A stretch of 64,000 nt of DNA from Savitreella phatthalungensis (taxonomy: Eukaryota), in assembly GCA_051599415.1 (NCBI GenBank), contig AP039701.1, positions 62,001-126,000 on the forward strand. The letters are read 5' to 3'. Positions within the stretch are counted from its first letter, which is position 1. Each line of letters begins with the position of its first letter. The position numbers and the translations under genes were made by a program. The notes beneath the pieces are model-generated. The model was not told the DNA's origin and made no database searches. It was given only the letters and a program-made list of their open reading frames with translations. This document shows positions 11,906-22,259 of the stretch, piece by piece.

Positions 11906-13408
11906 ATGACGTTGCGCGCAAGCACGATACAGCCGCTCGTCTTGGCCACGAGCAAGCGCATGTTTGCAATGCGAGAGGCAGACCGGCGCGCCCAAGCCCA
12001 GCGACAGACGATGGCTCTGATGGCGCGCCCAGATGTCTTCGAGCCAACGAGCCAGAATCCACTTGGCCAGCAGAAGCTCGAGTGTGAGCACGGTGGCCGG
12101 GTGATTGACGCCCATCTTTCCTGCTTCCACCACGACACAGAGGGTTTGATCAGTGAGGTCTACAACTCTGGCGCGCACGTCGACAGCATAGTCGACAATT
12201 GGGAGAACTTCTTGATGGGCCAGGTGACACGTACGATTCGGCGGCGGGCCGTGGAAGCCATGCAGCCACTTCCGGATTTCTGTGAGACCTGTCTGCGCAC
12301 GCACGTCTCGGAGATTGTGGCACGGATGCGATTGGAACTCGCCAGCCCTGCTTTGTCGCCAGGGATCCCTCCTCGGCCCGTGTCCCAGCGCCGCAGGTCG
12401 AGTGCGGGATCTGATGGTGGCAAGCCTCTGCGCGTCTGGACGCTCGACACACTCGACCTGCAGCTTTATGTGACCGAGAGTTATATCGATCTGTTACGGC
12501 GATCGCCAGCATCTTGTCTGGAGGAGAGTGAGGCTCACTACTTGCCCCTTTACCTCTCGTTCAGACCACGGGACGTCGCTGCTCCTGTCAATGTCTCGCG
12601 CTACTTATCCGTCCACACACTGGCCCTCGATCGCGAGTCCAAGACGATTCTGCATACACCCAATGCAGGTGGCGACTCTGTGGACTCTGAAGTGCTCTCG
12701 TTTGAGGTTTTGAAGCGGATCATGCCGTTCTGGGAGCTTTCGACAATGGAGATGCACACGCGTTACAGGTGTCCCGGGCCGATGACTGATTTTGTTGCCA
12801 GATCTTCCCTTCGCAACGAAGCTGAAGTGTCGGTGTCGGTCACAAGGATCTTCGGCTGGCGATCATCGATGCACATTTCCGCACGCGACCTTGCTCCCCT
12901 GCTGATCCGAAAACTGTCTGGTCTGCGATCGGCCACATCTAGAATCTTGCCTCGGAGACGTCGGGGTATGGTCTTGTTTGTGTGGGTGCCCGATGGCCGG
13001 GTAGAGAAGAATGTGCGGAAAGTGTGGCAAAAGCTGAGAGACCTCGACGGACTGTATGCAAAGTCTCCTGCCGCTGCACGGTACCGAGAGCTGTACGGAT
13101 GCACGTTTGAACGCGGCCTGACAGATAACATTGTTCTGTTTGTGGCAGTGTGCAAGAAGGAGTCATGGATGGATCTGACTGGCTACTATCGTGTATTTGG
13201 CAAACAGGACAAGCTGGAGCGTGATTTCGTCGCCAATCTGCAACGCGCTGCAGAGAACGCAGAGGCGCGATCTCATCGACCTCCAACACCACCATACTCA
13301 TCTGCTGGATCTAGTGACGAGAGCGTGGCGTCTCCAAAGTTGATGCCGCTACCTCGGCTGCAACGGCATGATTCGATGGAGTCTGTATGTCTAAGCATGC
13401 TAACATGA
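11906..13408 (+). CDS. AAC4-like (AAC-rich mRNA clone AAC4 family) protein of unknown function
   Basis: ~500-aa ORF with the motif series 'TPNAGGDSVDSEVLSFEVL..MEMHTRY..MTDF..VSVSVTR..LLIRKL..LFVW', which matches my recollection of the AAC4 family. Confidence 0.7.
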   Translation: MTLRASTIQPLVLATSKRMFAMREADRRAQAQRQTMALMARPDVFEPTSQNPLGQQKLECEHGGRVIDAHLSCFHHDTEGLISEVYNSGAHVDSIVDNWENFLMGQVTRTIRRRAVEAMQPLPDFCETCLRTHVSEIVARMRLELASPALSPGIPPRPVSQRRRSSAGSDGGKPLRVWTLDTLDLQLYVTESYIDLLRRSPASCLEESEAHYLPLYLSFRPRDVAAPVNVSRYLSVHTLALDRESKTILHTPNAGGDSVDSEVLSFEVLKRIMPFWELSTMEMHTRYRCPGPMTDFVARSSLRNEAEVSVSVTRIFGWRSSMHISARDLAPLLIRKLSGLRSATSRILPRRRRGMVLFVWVPDGRVEKNVRKVWQKLRDLDGLYAKSPAAARYRELYGCTFERGLTDNIVLFVAVCKKESWMDLTGYYRVFGKQDKLERDFVANLQRAAENAEARSHRPPTPPYSSAGSSDESVASPKLMPLPRLQRHDSMESVCLSMLT

Positions 13409-14651
13409 CAATTCGAAGACACACTCTTGAAACAGCGATCATCGGTTCTCAGACGATCGAATGCCTGACTCGCAGAACAGGAGTCAATCTTGCTCAATGC
13501 ATTTACGAAGTCGACAACATCGTTGGCACTAGAGGCTTGGAGGAAGAACGCGCGTGGCGTTGGTAGGAGAAAGGTCGAGCTCCTGAGAAATCGACTTCGT
13601 ATCCTTCGGTCTGATCTGACCCAAGCCAGACCTTTCCCGGGACATATTGGGGGGCGAGGGTGAGGAGTAGTCAATGGCCAAGGACGTGTGATGCCACATG
13701 CTTTCACGAGTTGCTCCACTTCATCAGCTTCAACCGCCCATGAATGAGACACATTGACCCTGCAGGTGCATACCCGGAGAGCGGAAGCTCACTTTAGCCC
13801 AGATCATTCAATCTTTGAAGTCATGGGTGATTGTAATTAGAGAGCACTGGTTCCAGATTGTAGTTCTTTGTGATAGCCAGTAGATAGACTCATTAAGTTC
13901 AATCGCATTGACTTTGAATAGATTCGAGACTCTTTGGTGAGGTAGAAGCAGCTGAAGCATCCACATGGCCTGCTCGGTTACGTGGCTTTGCTATATATAG
14001 CAAGATCTCTGAAGAGCGGGGGTCAGATTGAAGGTGGTGCCGTCTACACATGCCGTCTACATGAATAGATGGCATGGAAAATATCCTTGAAGCGCAATTT
14101 GGTTCCAGTTGAATTTCAACTTGGACCGCCGTGAGATTCAATCGAGCGGAGTCGCGTGAACACACATGGCACCCACCCCCACCCTAGGAGAACCATTCCG
14201 ATTACTGGCTTGTGTAGTTTGCTATAGAGTTGGCAACGCATCAACCGCACCTCACATGGTAATGCTGCAGTTTGCCATGTTTTAGCCTAGCTAGTTATCA
14301 CAGATGAAACGTACATCGATTGACAAAGTAGAATGCAACTGCAGCCTTGAGTAGAGAGGTACACGGACGATGCATATACTTCAAGATGGGTCTCACACTT
14401 CATGATCAGGATCGGTAAAGAATGTCTGAAGGAGTGTCTTTACGGGAATCGAAGGAGACCGGTCGTTTGGACTTTTATGATGAAGGGAAAAGAGATGGGC
14501 AAGAGCGTATATAGGTGAATGGCTGACTCGCTGACTGGCTTGGCTCACTTGCTGGCACCATGTGGAAGTATAGTTTATGCTTCTGTGCTCGGAAGCGCCG
14601 GCTGAACGGGGAAGGGAAGCCCCACCTTACAAGAGTTGTTCAATTGTTCTC

Positions 14652-14712
14652 TGCTGCCACTGTCACTGGAACTGCCACTGCTACTGCTACTGCTCCTGCT
14701 ACTGCTACTGGC
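14652..14712. repeat. Degenerate hexanucleotide microsatellite (CTACTG/CCACTG)n
   Basis: tgccactgtcactggaactgccactgctactgctactgctcctgctactgctactggc. Confidence 0.75.
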
Positions 14713-15302
14713 TGACTCCAGAGCTCTTTGATACGATCGAAGGAGGATCTCGATCGTGGTCGGTCATTTAATTCGTGCTCTACCCACATATGAAGTGAAT
14801 TATAATTTATATATGCATAAGTAGTTAATTGTATATACTCAAATTGCACTCGATCATTTTCCAGAGATCGATCTTGTTGAAATCTTGGCAGCCGCTCCTT
14901 GAAACTCTTTTTAAAGATTCTGAGCTTGTTCAGTATCAAAAAAGAAGAACTTTCTGTCATTATGAATTGCCATGTGCATATCAATCAATTGTCCCGTGTG
15001 TGTGTCTGTGCGTAGAAGGCCCGGGGTTTTGGAGTATGTGTATGCCCATGTGTAGCCAGCTCAAAGGACATCTCTTGAACTTAGTCCAGTCTAGCACAGT
15101 ATATACAATCATTAGGTCGACAGCACAGCTCTGCCATTGTACCACCCGCCTAGAGTCCTAGCATCTTCTCGTTTTCCCTAACTCGTGCTCACCTGAGATT
15201 GAGAGGATATTGACAGGAACCGACATCAACTGGACACTCACAACGTGTTAAACGGTTAGGTTCGATACAAAGAAAGCTATTGACAGGATTGCGCGTGATG
15301 GC

Positions 15303-16931
15303 ATGATGACAAAGGGACGCGCTTCAGTCGACGCTGGCGGCTTCGTCATGGAAGATTTGCACCACAACGCCGCGTCCACCACATCCGACGCGTCTGCATC
15401 ACTGCTTCGCGAAGAATCGTCGATCCAGCCTAATGGCAATGATTATCGGGCAGGTCTCGCTGCACGGCTACGGGGAATCCTCGGAGGACACTCTGCGAGT
15501 CCTCAGGCCAGTCCATGGGCGCGTCGCATCCTTGGCTACCCAGAACCAAACATGAATCTTCGCGAAACTGCCTGGCTAGACGGCATGCGCGGTCTCGCAG
15601 CTTTCCAGGTATTCATCTTCCACTACTTGGACGGCTGGACAGATAAAGAGCTATCGTACGGTACAGGACCGCGGTGTGATCCAGCAGGCTGGTGGCGGAT
15701 ACCATTTGTCCGCACGCTCTATTCCAGTGGTAACGCGGCCGTGTGCCTCTTCTTCTGCATCTCCGGCTACGTTCTCTCTTACCGGGTGCTTGGCCTCATT
15801 CGCGCTCGCAAGCTTGACGAGGCAGTAACAAGCCTCTCATCCGCAGTCTTTCGACGAGCTTTCCGCCTCTACACGCCGATCGTCATGGAGACCTTCGCGT
15901 TGCTCTTCCTCTGCAACGCCTTCGGACTGCCGAAAGCCAGAGCATTCATTCCCGCCGACAATTGGTTCTTGGAGATCATCCGGACGATCCGCAGACTGAC
16001 GATGCTCGGTATGCCTCTTCGGTATCCAGATCGCTGGCTCCAGCTGCAGAATGACTACGATGGCGGTGTCAGCTGGACAATCCCGCTCGAATACTACGGT
16101 TCCCTCGTAGTCTACATCACGCTTCTCGCCACAATTCGCATTCAGCGCTTTGCTCTGCGCACTGCCATCATCGCCTGTATCTTTGCTCAGGCTCTGATCC
16201 AGGACGAGTGGTACGCCTGCCAGTTCCTCATGGGAGTTGTTCTGGCCGAATACTCGCTTGTCGAGAAGGAAAAGCGACAGGAGACAGGTAAATCGATTGA
16301 CGAGGCAGAGGCAGAGGATCCTAGACCATGGCGTATCGCAAAATGGGTCATGTTTGCATTCGGCTTCTATCTTGCGGGCTTGCCGCCTGGTCGCATGACA
16401 TCCGACAATGTCACTGTACATCCACGACCGTTTTTCGAGTGGTTCGTCTGGTGGGCAAGTCCATTGCAGCTATACGCAGGCCGACAGTGGGATAGAAACT
16501 TCTACAATTTCGCTGCTAACCTGCTCCTCTTCAGCGGTGGCCGGCTTTTGCAAGTCCGCAACTTCTTATGTACGCGACCGGTGCAATATCTCGGCCGCAT
16601 CAGTTTTGGACTCTACCTCTGCCACATCTTTATACGCCCCTGGCTATTACCGATCCTTCCTGGCATTATCACCGTGGTCGGCCTCGATTCGACCCTGCAC
16701 GTCGATCAGCTGCCAAAGGGCATCCAACTCTTCACGGCTTATCTGGTCTGGATGGGCTTGTCGACTGTCATCAACTTCGCTGTCGCAGGCCTATTCGAGC
16801 GACAATTTGATCAGCGATCCATCCGATTCGCCCGGGACGTCGAACAATTCTGCCTCGACCTCAACAGTGGCAAGCGTAGCCTGCTGCGCAAGTCCGCAGA
16901 TCCACAGGTACCATTTACCAACGGTCATTAG
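15303..16931 (+). CDS. Acyltransferase-3 (OafA-like) family membrane O-acyltransferase
   Basis: 'WLDGMRGLAA', 'AVCLFFCISGYVLS', 'RRAFRLY', 'WTIPLEYYGS' and 'LGRISFGLYLCH' motifs; multiple TM helices. Confidence 0.88.
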   Translation: MMTKGRASVDAGGFVMEDLHHNAASTTSDASASLLREESSIQPNGNDYRAGLAARLRGILGGHSASPQASPWARRILGYPEPNMNLRETAWLDGMRGLAAFQVFIFHYLDGWTDKELSYGTGPRCDPAGWWRIPFVRTLYSSGNAAVCLFFCISGYVLSYRVLGLIRARKLDEAVTSLSSAVFRRAFRLYTPIVMETFALLFLCNAFGLPKARAFIPADNWFLEIIRTIRRLTMLGMPLRYPDRWLQLQNDYDGGVSWTIPLEYYGSLVVYITLLATIRIQRFALRTAIIACIFAQALIQDEWYACQFLMGVVLAEYSLVEKEKRQETGKSIDEAEAEDPRPWRIAKWVMFAFGFYLAGLPPGRMTSDNVTVHPRPFFEWFVWWASPLQLYAGRQWDRNFYNFAANLLLFSGGRLLQVRNFLCTRPVQYLGRISFGLYLCHIFIRPWLLPILPGIITVVGLDSTLHVDQLPKGIQLFTAYLVWMGLSTVINFAVAGLFERQFDQRSIRFARDVEQFCLDLNSGKRSLLRKSADPQVPFTNGH

Positions 16932-17143
16932 CATCTAGACGTCACCGGCGTGTACGTGTCTACGCATTATGAGCTCATCCGGATTAATTCCATATCTGTT
17001 AGGGTGGCCTAGAGATAAGATTTAAATTTTCAATGTATTCATGAATTATAATGCCTAGAGAGCCAGGATATCTACCCGCACATCTTCACGGGCAACTTGA
17101 TTTCGGGCATCCTTCAGACGGAAACAGTTAGTCCCCAGTCATC

Positions 17144-18202
17144 ATGGGTCGATCCTCGAAGGATAAGCGCGACATCCACTATCGGTTAGCGAAGGAGAAA
17201 GGTTACCGCGCTCGCTCTGCCTTCAAACTGATTCACTGTGACGAGCTATATGGCCTGTTCGATTCAGGTACACGTCGGGTTGTCGATCTGTGTGCGGCGC
17301 CGGGATCCTGGTCGCAAGTCGTCGTCGAGAGACTCCTGAACCTGACGTCGCAGACTGCAGACCTGTCTGCGCTCTCGCCCCAGGAGAGACGCCGTCACGA
17401 ACGAACACCTCGGCTTGTCAGTGTCGATATCCAGCCGATCGCTCCTATCCACCCAACCATATGCACGATTCTGAAGGCTGACATCACTCTGCCGAGTACG
17501 CTTCGCCAGATTTCCGAAGCGCTTCGCGGGGACGACCCTTCCGAGGATGGTGGGCTGGCTGACTTGGTGATCTGTGACGGTGCGCCTGATGTCACGGGCA
17601 TGCACGACCTCGATGCGCACCTGCAGCAGCAGCTGCTGCACGCGGCTATGACGATGGCCGCATGCTGTTTGAAGCCTGGTGGCGATTTCGTCGCCAAGGT
17701 GTTCGTCAAGCCGCTCGAGCAACCCCATCGGTCGTACCATATCGCCGACGACGACGATCGTCCGACGAGGCGAGCTCAGGCAGAAGCGGTTGACGAGACG
17801 CTCGATCGGACGGTGCCCCTTGTGAGTCAGTTCAGAGTGCTCTTCGAGAGCGCAACGTTGTACAAGCCGGCGAGCTCTCGCGCTCAGAGCTGGGAGCAGT
17901 TCGTCGTCTGCCAGGGGTATCGCCCACCAGCCGGGTTCAAGCCGTCCCTGGATGGCGAGTTCATGGTACCAGCTGATTCAGTTGACGCCGGACCCATCAC
18001 AGCCTCCGCAGCCCCAATCGCCCAGTCGTCCTCCATCGATGGAGAAGTCGGAGCGTATCGCAAGTGGAACTGTGCGGACTTTCTATCAACCGGAGACTTG
18101 TCGGCATTCGACATGCCTCCAAAGGAGGCTATCAGGCGTGCCTCCTCCTCAGTAAACGTTCATGACACCACACACAAGATGGCTATGACATCGATCTCAT
18201 AA
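17144..18202 (+). CDS. TRM7: tRNA (cytidine32/guanosine34-2'-O)-methyltransferase
   Basis: 'MGRSSKDKRDIHYRLAKEKGYRARSAFKL', 'VVDLCAAPGSWSQV', 'CDGAPDVTGMHDLD' and 'KPASSR' motifs (FtsJ family). Confidence 0.95.
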   Translation: MGRSSKDKRDIHYRLAKEKGYRARSAFKLIHCDELYGLFDSGTRRVVDLCAAPGSWSQVVVERLLNLTSQTADLSALSPQERRRHERTPRLVSVDIQPIAPIHPTICTILKADITLPSTLRQISEALRGDDPSEDGGLADLVICDGAPDVTGMHDLDAHLQQQLLHAAMTMAACCLKPGGDFVAKVFVKPLEQPHRSYHIADDDDRPTRRAQAEAVDETLDRTVPLVSQFRVLFESATLYKPASSRAQSWEQFVVCQGYRPPAGFKPSLDGEFMVPADSVDAGPITASAAPIAQSSSIDGEVGAYRKWNCADFLSTGDLSAFDMPPKEAIRRASSSVNVHDTTHKMAMTSIS

Positions 18203-18247
18203 AGCAGATTTCCATCGTTCTGGCTATGACGGTAGCGGAAGCTGGGC

Positions 18248-21200
18248 TCATTCCGATGGTGGCATCATGTCGAAGGTGTAACCATCCCCAGGCTCGAGAC
18301 CGAGACCGACAGAACCTGACTCGGGTGGGCCGTACCTGGAGTTGCTCCAATTGTCTGTGAAATTGATATGGACGCGAGTGACGAGAATGGTGGGCGCGAG
18401 CAACCAGAGCTTGAGCGTGTGCGCGGTATTGGGCGTCGCATCGAGCGCCAGCACGAAGCTCGTGTAACGCACCGTCTGCGTCGCCATAGGTACCCAGAAA
18501 GGCTTCAACGGCCATGTCGCACCAGTCTCATTCGCAGCCAGCGGCAGCACATCCACCACCTGCGGACTGCCGCTGTCGATCGCTGCGGCCACCTGGAGGC
18601 GCTGCTTCGGGTCGGTCTGGAGGACCGGGTCGACGTGGAGGATGATGGTCGCATTGCTGACGGCGGAAGTCTTGAAGAAAGCGTACTGGAGCAGCGGCGC
18701 GTCGGGTGCTCTGAAGGTCGGTGTCGTCAGCGGCAGAACGGTAGCGCCGCATAGCTGACGACCGCTGTACGGCACAGTGACCAGCTCGTACCCCGTCGGC
18801 GCCGACCGATTCGTCGCATGGCAGCCCTCCATCATCACGAATCCGCCCGACTCCACAAAGCCACGGAAATCAGCAGGCACGGCGATCTTGCTCAGGTTGA
18901 ATTCCATCTGGTCACCCCTGTTTGGTCCAAACTGTACGAGCACCCGGGTATTACCCGATGGCAGACTGTCCCAATCAATGTCGACTGGCATCTTCACCAT
19001 CGGCGTGCTTGGCCATGAGAGCTTGTACGTGGCGCTCTTGATCGCTGAAACGGAGACGTTGAACAGGAATTGTCGGTCGGTCTTGCCTCGCATAAACAGC
19101 CACAAATACTGCTTGATTCCATCGAAATTTGTCCAGGGTGTCTTGAGCGGCGATCGAGGTGGCTTGTCTGCGCGCGAGAGCGGCGGTTCTCGATAGTATT
19201 TTGCCACTACGTCGGTCTGCTGGATGTCGTCGTTCGGCCATGGCGCATCGAGTGTCAGGCGGTATCCCCTCGGACAGACAGAGTAGGACGGCATGTACCA
19301 GTGGTACTTGTCCCAGTAAAGCGTCGGCAAGTCGGTCGAGTAGATGAATCGTCCTCCCGCGACCTGGTTCATCTGCGCGCGAATCCATGCCTCATGGTCA
19401 CACAAGAAGTCGAGCTGGTCTGCCATTTGATTGGTGACAGAGGCGAATGAGTACGCGAACACTTTCTGTCGATCGACGAGAGAGAAGATCGCATTGGCGG
19501 TATAGCCAGTGTCGACTTTATGGCCGAGTTGCTGCCACAACGCCGCGTGCTTGTTCTCAGGAATCTTATTGCGCACAGCCGAAACGGAGTCATTGAGCGC
19601 TTGCCAGCGAGCACTGTTCAAGTATGCTTCGTCGAACCATTGCGCATCTGTCTGACCTTGTGCAAGCAGGTCGATTTTCGTCCTCGAACTCAGCAAACTG
19701 TACTCCAGGAATAGCCTACCGATTTTCCGAGCGAGTGACTTGCACGCAGCCGAGTCGTGCTCCGATGGACTGCAGAACTCCCGCTTGGCCAGAGCTATCG
19801 CCCATGAGGTGATGCTGTCAGGTCGGGTGTAGTCGATCGTCTCACTCTTGTGATCGTACAGGAGATCCAGCCAGTGAGAGAAAAAGACTTCATCCGTCTT
19901 GAACTTGCCCACATTCATGACTCCATAGTTATTGATGCCGCGGTCGATCGCAGTCGACACCTGAAGCCATGTGTGAGCGAGGGAGACTGTGTCGATCATG
20001 CGGTAGTCTGCCGGGCCGCCGTGATTGTCTCCGTGGTAGTATAGTGAATGGAGTCGCTTGCCAGTCTTTGAAGCACTTGTGCTCGAGTTCGGGTTGGCCA
20101 CATAGATCTTGTCATCTGAGGGACTTGGAAGTCGACGAATCTGAGCCCAATTCTCGTCGACCCAAGTCACAGGGATGTCATCGTCAATTTGCAGCCCTTG
20201 ATCGAAGAATTGTAGTACCTCGTTGTAAGGAATGAAGCTCCGAGGCACTTTCTTCGCGGCCTCTTCGCCATAAATCTCCACAATCAGCTGCTGCTGCAGT
20301 CGTAGTACAGTGTTCAAATTCTGAGCGGTTGCTGAAAGTGACGCGTAGTCGTTGAGTCCTCTGAAATCCAGGGTCAGGACGACATCGAACGGTTTCGCAC
20401 GCTTCAGAGAGCTTCGCCACAATGCGAGTACAGCTTCTCGTCCACCATCGAGATTGTAGGTTTCATCTGTGATTCCGGCTGAAAGCGCTTCACCTTGGTA
20501 GGTCGAGAGCGGTTCTGTGTGAGATGAGCCAGTGAAGACGCCAAATAAGGTGGCCATAGGTAGACACCGGTTGTCGGAGAAAGGGCATGCTGCTACCCAG
20601 CTTCCAGGCCAGTACAAATTACCTCGCGACCGGACGATCAAGTCCCACAAAGGACCGTACGACTCTGCGTTGAGTACGCTGGTGCTTGTTGTCCCGTCGA
20701 CAAGTTTCTTCCCGGGAAATGTCGTGTTGGACCACGGAATGAGATTTTGCTCCTCGTTGATGAAAAGGCCTCGGTATTTGACCGTCGGTGGTCCCTGTAC
20801 GTAGCTTTCAGGAGCAAACGCCTTCTGATCAGCGATGAGAGGAGTCGGTTCGTTGAGTGTCCACCACCACAACGGACTTATGCCCAGTTCTTCGACAACT
20901 CGCGTCATCGCGTAGATTGTGCCCAACTTGTCCGCGCCGATGAGCACGTGTGCTGCAGGTATTGTGGTTAGGCTTGAAAATGGAGACGCTGCGAATGGCG
21001 TCTGTACCACGGCTGAAGTAAATGCTTGAGCCATATCGTCGTCTTCATTATCAAAGCCAGTCACATTGAGTGCTGTCTTGCCCGCAGAAGTCGCAGGCGT
21101 AGCGAGTCGACTTTTATTGAAAGTGGCAGCAACAATGACAGGTTGCTTCGCATCGATTGCTGCGGGTGTCAACGTGAGGCTGAAAGTCCCATTGCCTGTA

Positions 21201-21541
21201 TTTTTGCTAAGGAAATCGACGACGTCTGCAAAGTTGTCCATAGGCAGTTGTTGGTGAAACCACAAGGGCGAGAATGTAAACCAATCGAAACCTCCAAACT
21301 TGACGAGCGAGCCATCACGCTGGAGCACAAGGACAGTGGCGTTGATTCCAGTCAGCTTGCCGAAATCAGTGGCGATTCGGTCAGCCCAGAACGTCACACT
21401 GGGAAAGTCTTCAGCGTCGACGATGATCTGAGGAGAAAGCTTCTGACCAGCGATCTGGTATGTGCCATTACCCCATGAGAGCAAAGGTTTCTGACCCAGG
21501 GCGAGAGCAGCAGACGCCCAGAGAACGACTTGGGTGAGCAT
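18248..21541 (-). CDS. Secreted glycoside hydrolase family 115 (alpha-glucuronidase-like)
   Basis: Signal peptide from ATG 21541 (MLTQVVLWASAALALG). 'GISPLWWW', 'GPPTVKYRGLFINEE', 'SSHTEP', 'RGLND', 'YNEV', 'LYYH', 'NVGKFK' and C-terminal 'YGPPES' motifs. Confidence 0.88.
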   Translation of the reverse strand: MLTQVVLWASAALALGQKPLLSWGNGTYQIAGQKLSPQIIVDAEDFPSVTFWADRIATDFGKLTGINATVLVLQRDGSLVKFGGFDWFTFSPLWFHQQLPMDNFADVVDFLSKNTGNGTFSLTLTPAAIDAKQPVIVAATFNKSRLATPATSAGKTALNVTGFDNEDDDMAQAFTSAVVQTPFAASPFSSLTTIPAAHVLIGADKLGTIYAMTRVVEELGISPLWWWTLNEPTPLIADQKAFAPESYVQGPPTVKYRGLFINEEQNLIPWSNTTFPGKKLVDGTTSTSVLNAESYGPLWDLIVRSRGNLYWPGSWVAACPFSDNRCLPMATLFGVFTGSSHTEPLSTYQGEALSAGITDETYNLDGGREAVLALWRSSLKRAKPFDVVLTLDFRGLNDYASLSATAQNLNTVLRLQQQLIVEIYGEEAAKKVPRSFIPYNEVLQFFDQGLQIDDDIPVTWVDENWAQIRRLPSPSDDKIYVANPNSSTSASKTGKRLHSLYYHGDNHGGPADYRMIDTVSLAHTWLQVSTAIDRGINNYGVMNVGKFKTDEVFFSHWLDLLYDHKSETIDYTRPDSITSWAIALAKREFCSPSEHDSAACKSLARKIGRLFLEYSLLSSRTKIDLLAQGQTDAQWFDEAYLNSARWQALNDSVSAVRNKIPENKHAALWQQLGHKVDTGYTANAIFSLVDRQKVFAYSFASVTNQMADQLDFLCDHEAWIRAQMNQVAGGRFIYSTDLPTLYWDKYHWYMPSYSVCPRGYRLTLDAPWPNDDIQQTDVVAKYYREPPLSRADKPPRSPLKTPWTNFDGIKQYLWLFMRGKTDRQFLFNVSVSAIKSATYKLSWPSTPMVKMPVDIDWDSLPSGNTRVLVQFGPNRGDQMEFNLSKIAVPADFRGFVESGGFVMMEGCHATNRSAPTGYELVTVPYSGRQLCGATVLPLTTPTFRAPDAPLLQYAFFKTSAVSNATIILHVDPVLQTDPKQRLQVAAAIDSGSPQVVDVLPLAANETGATWPLKPFWVPMATQTVRYTSFVLALDATPNTAHTLKLWLLAPTILVTRVHINFTDNWSNSRYGPPESGSVGLGLEPGDGYTFDMMPPSE

Positions 21542-22259
21542 GTAAGAGGAGCGACTGAATATCTGCAAAGCTTTACACGTCGGAGAAGAGGAAGAGCTGC
21601 CATCTTAAAGTATCGGGGTCAGTCTAATAGCGTCCGAGAGAAATAAACATTCGTCCTCCGGTCCGGCCAGAAGAGCGGGATGGCATGTGGCGGACGCGCG
21701 CATGCAGATTGTCAAGATCAGACTATACATAAGCGTCAAGGGTCGATGCCCCTCATTGACCGCCACGCCAACTGCACACATACAGACACTTCGGATATGG
21801 GACAGTAGGTGCGACTGATTGTAGGTCACTTCGGCTATTGTGCCTCAACGTGTGTCATGGTCTTTGTAATCTTGACATAAACATATTGTCAATTTGTTGC
21901 ATACGCGGGAAATTTTGTATGTTCGAGTATGTACACGTTTCGTTACAGCCACCCGGACGGATAATCGGAAGTCTTTCAACGGTGCTACACTCGAGTCAGG
22001 TATCACAGCACGCTACATCATCTGGAAACGGTGACCTGAAGGAAGGAAAAGCCATTCGTACATGCTTTGAATGACACAATATCCCATGCGAACCGTGATG
22101 AGCCGAGATATGTAGCTGTTCTGATCATGTCTGGCACGTGTCCGTCAGAACGACCGATGGGATTCGAGAAAGTCAAGAATGCTGTGATATTCCTTACATC
22201 ATGGCGCTACAGTTGGTGCTGCCATTCTAACACTGACCATAGTACTAAGTCCGCTGCCT

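Noticed and set aside
13273..13752. 159-aa - strand ORF overlapping the end of the AAC4-like gene
   Set aside because: No recognisable motif, and the nearby donor/acceptor pair lacks a branch-point consensus.
14560..14715. 51-codon ORF ending in ATATATAPATATG
   Set aside because: The open frame is explained by the hexamer microsatellite; no other support.
15255..15270. GGTTCGA T-loop-like motif (also TCGAACC near 46234)
   Set aside because: No cloverleaf stems or A-box around either site, so not called as tRNA.
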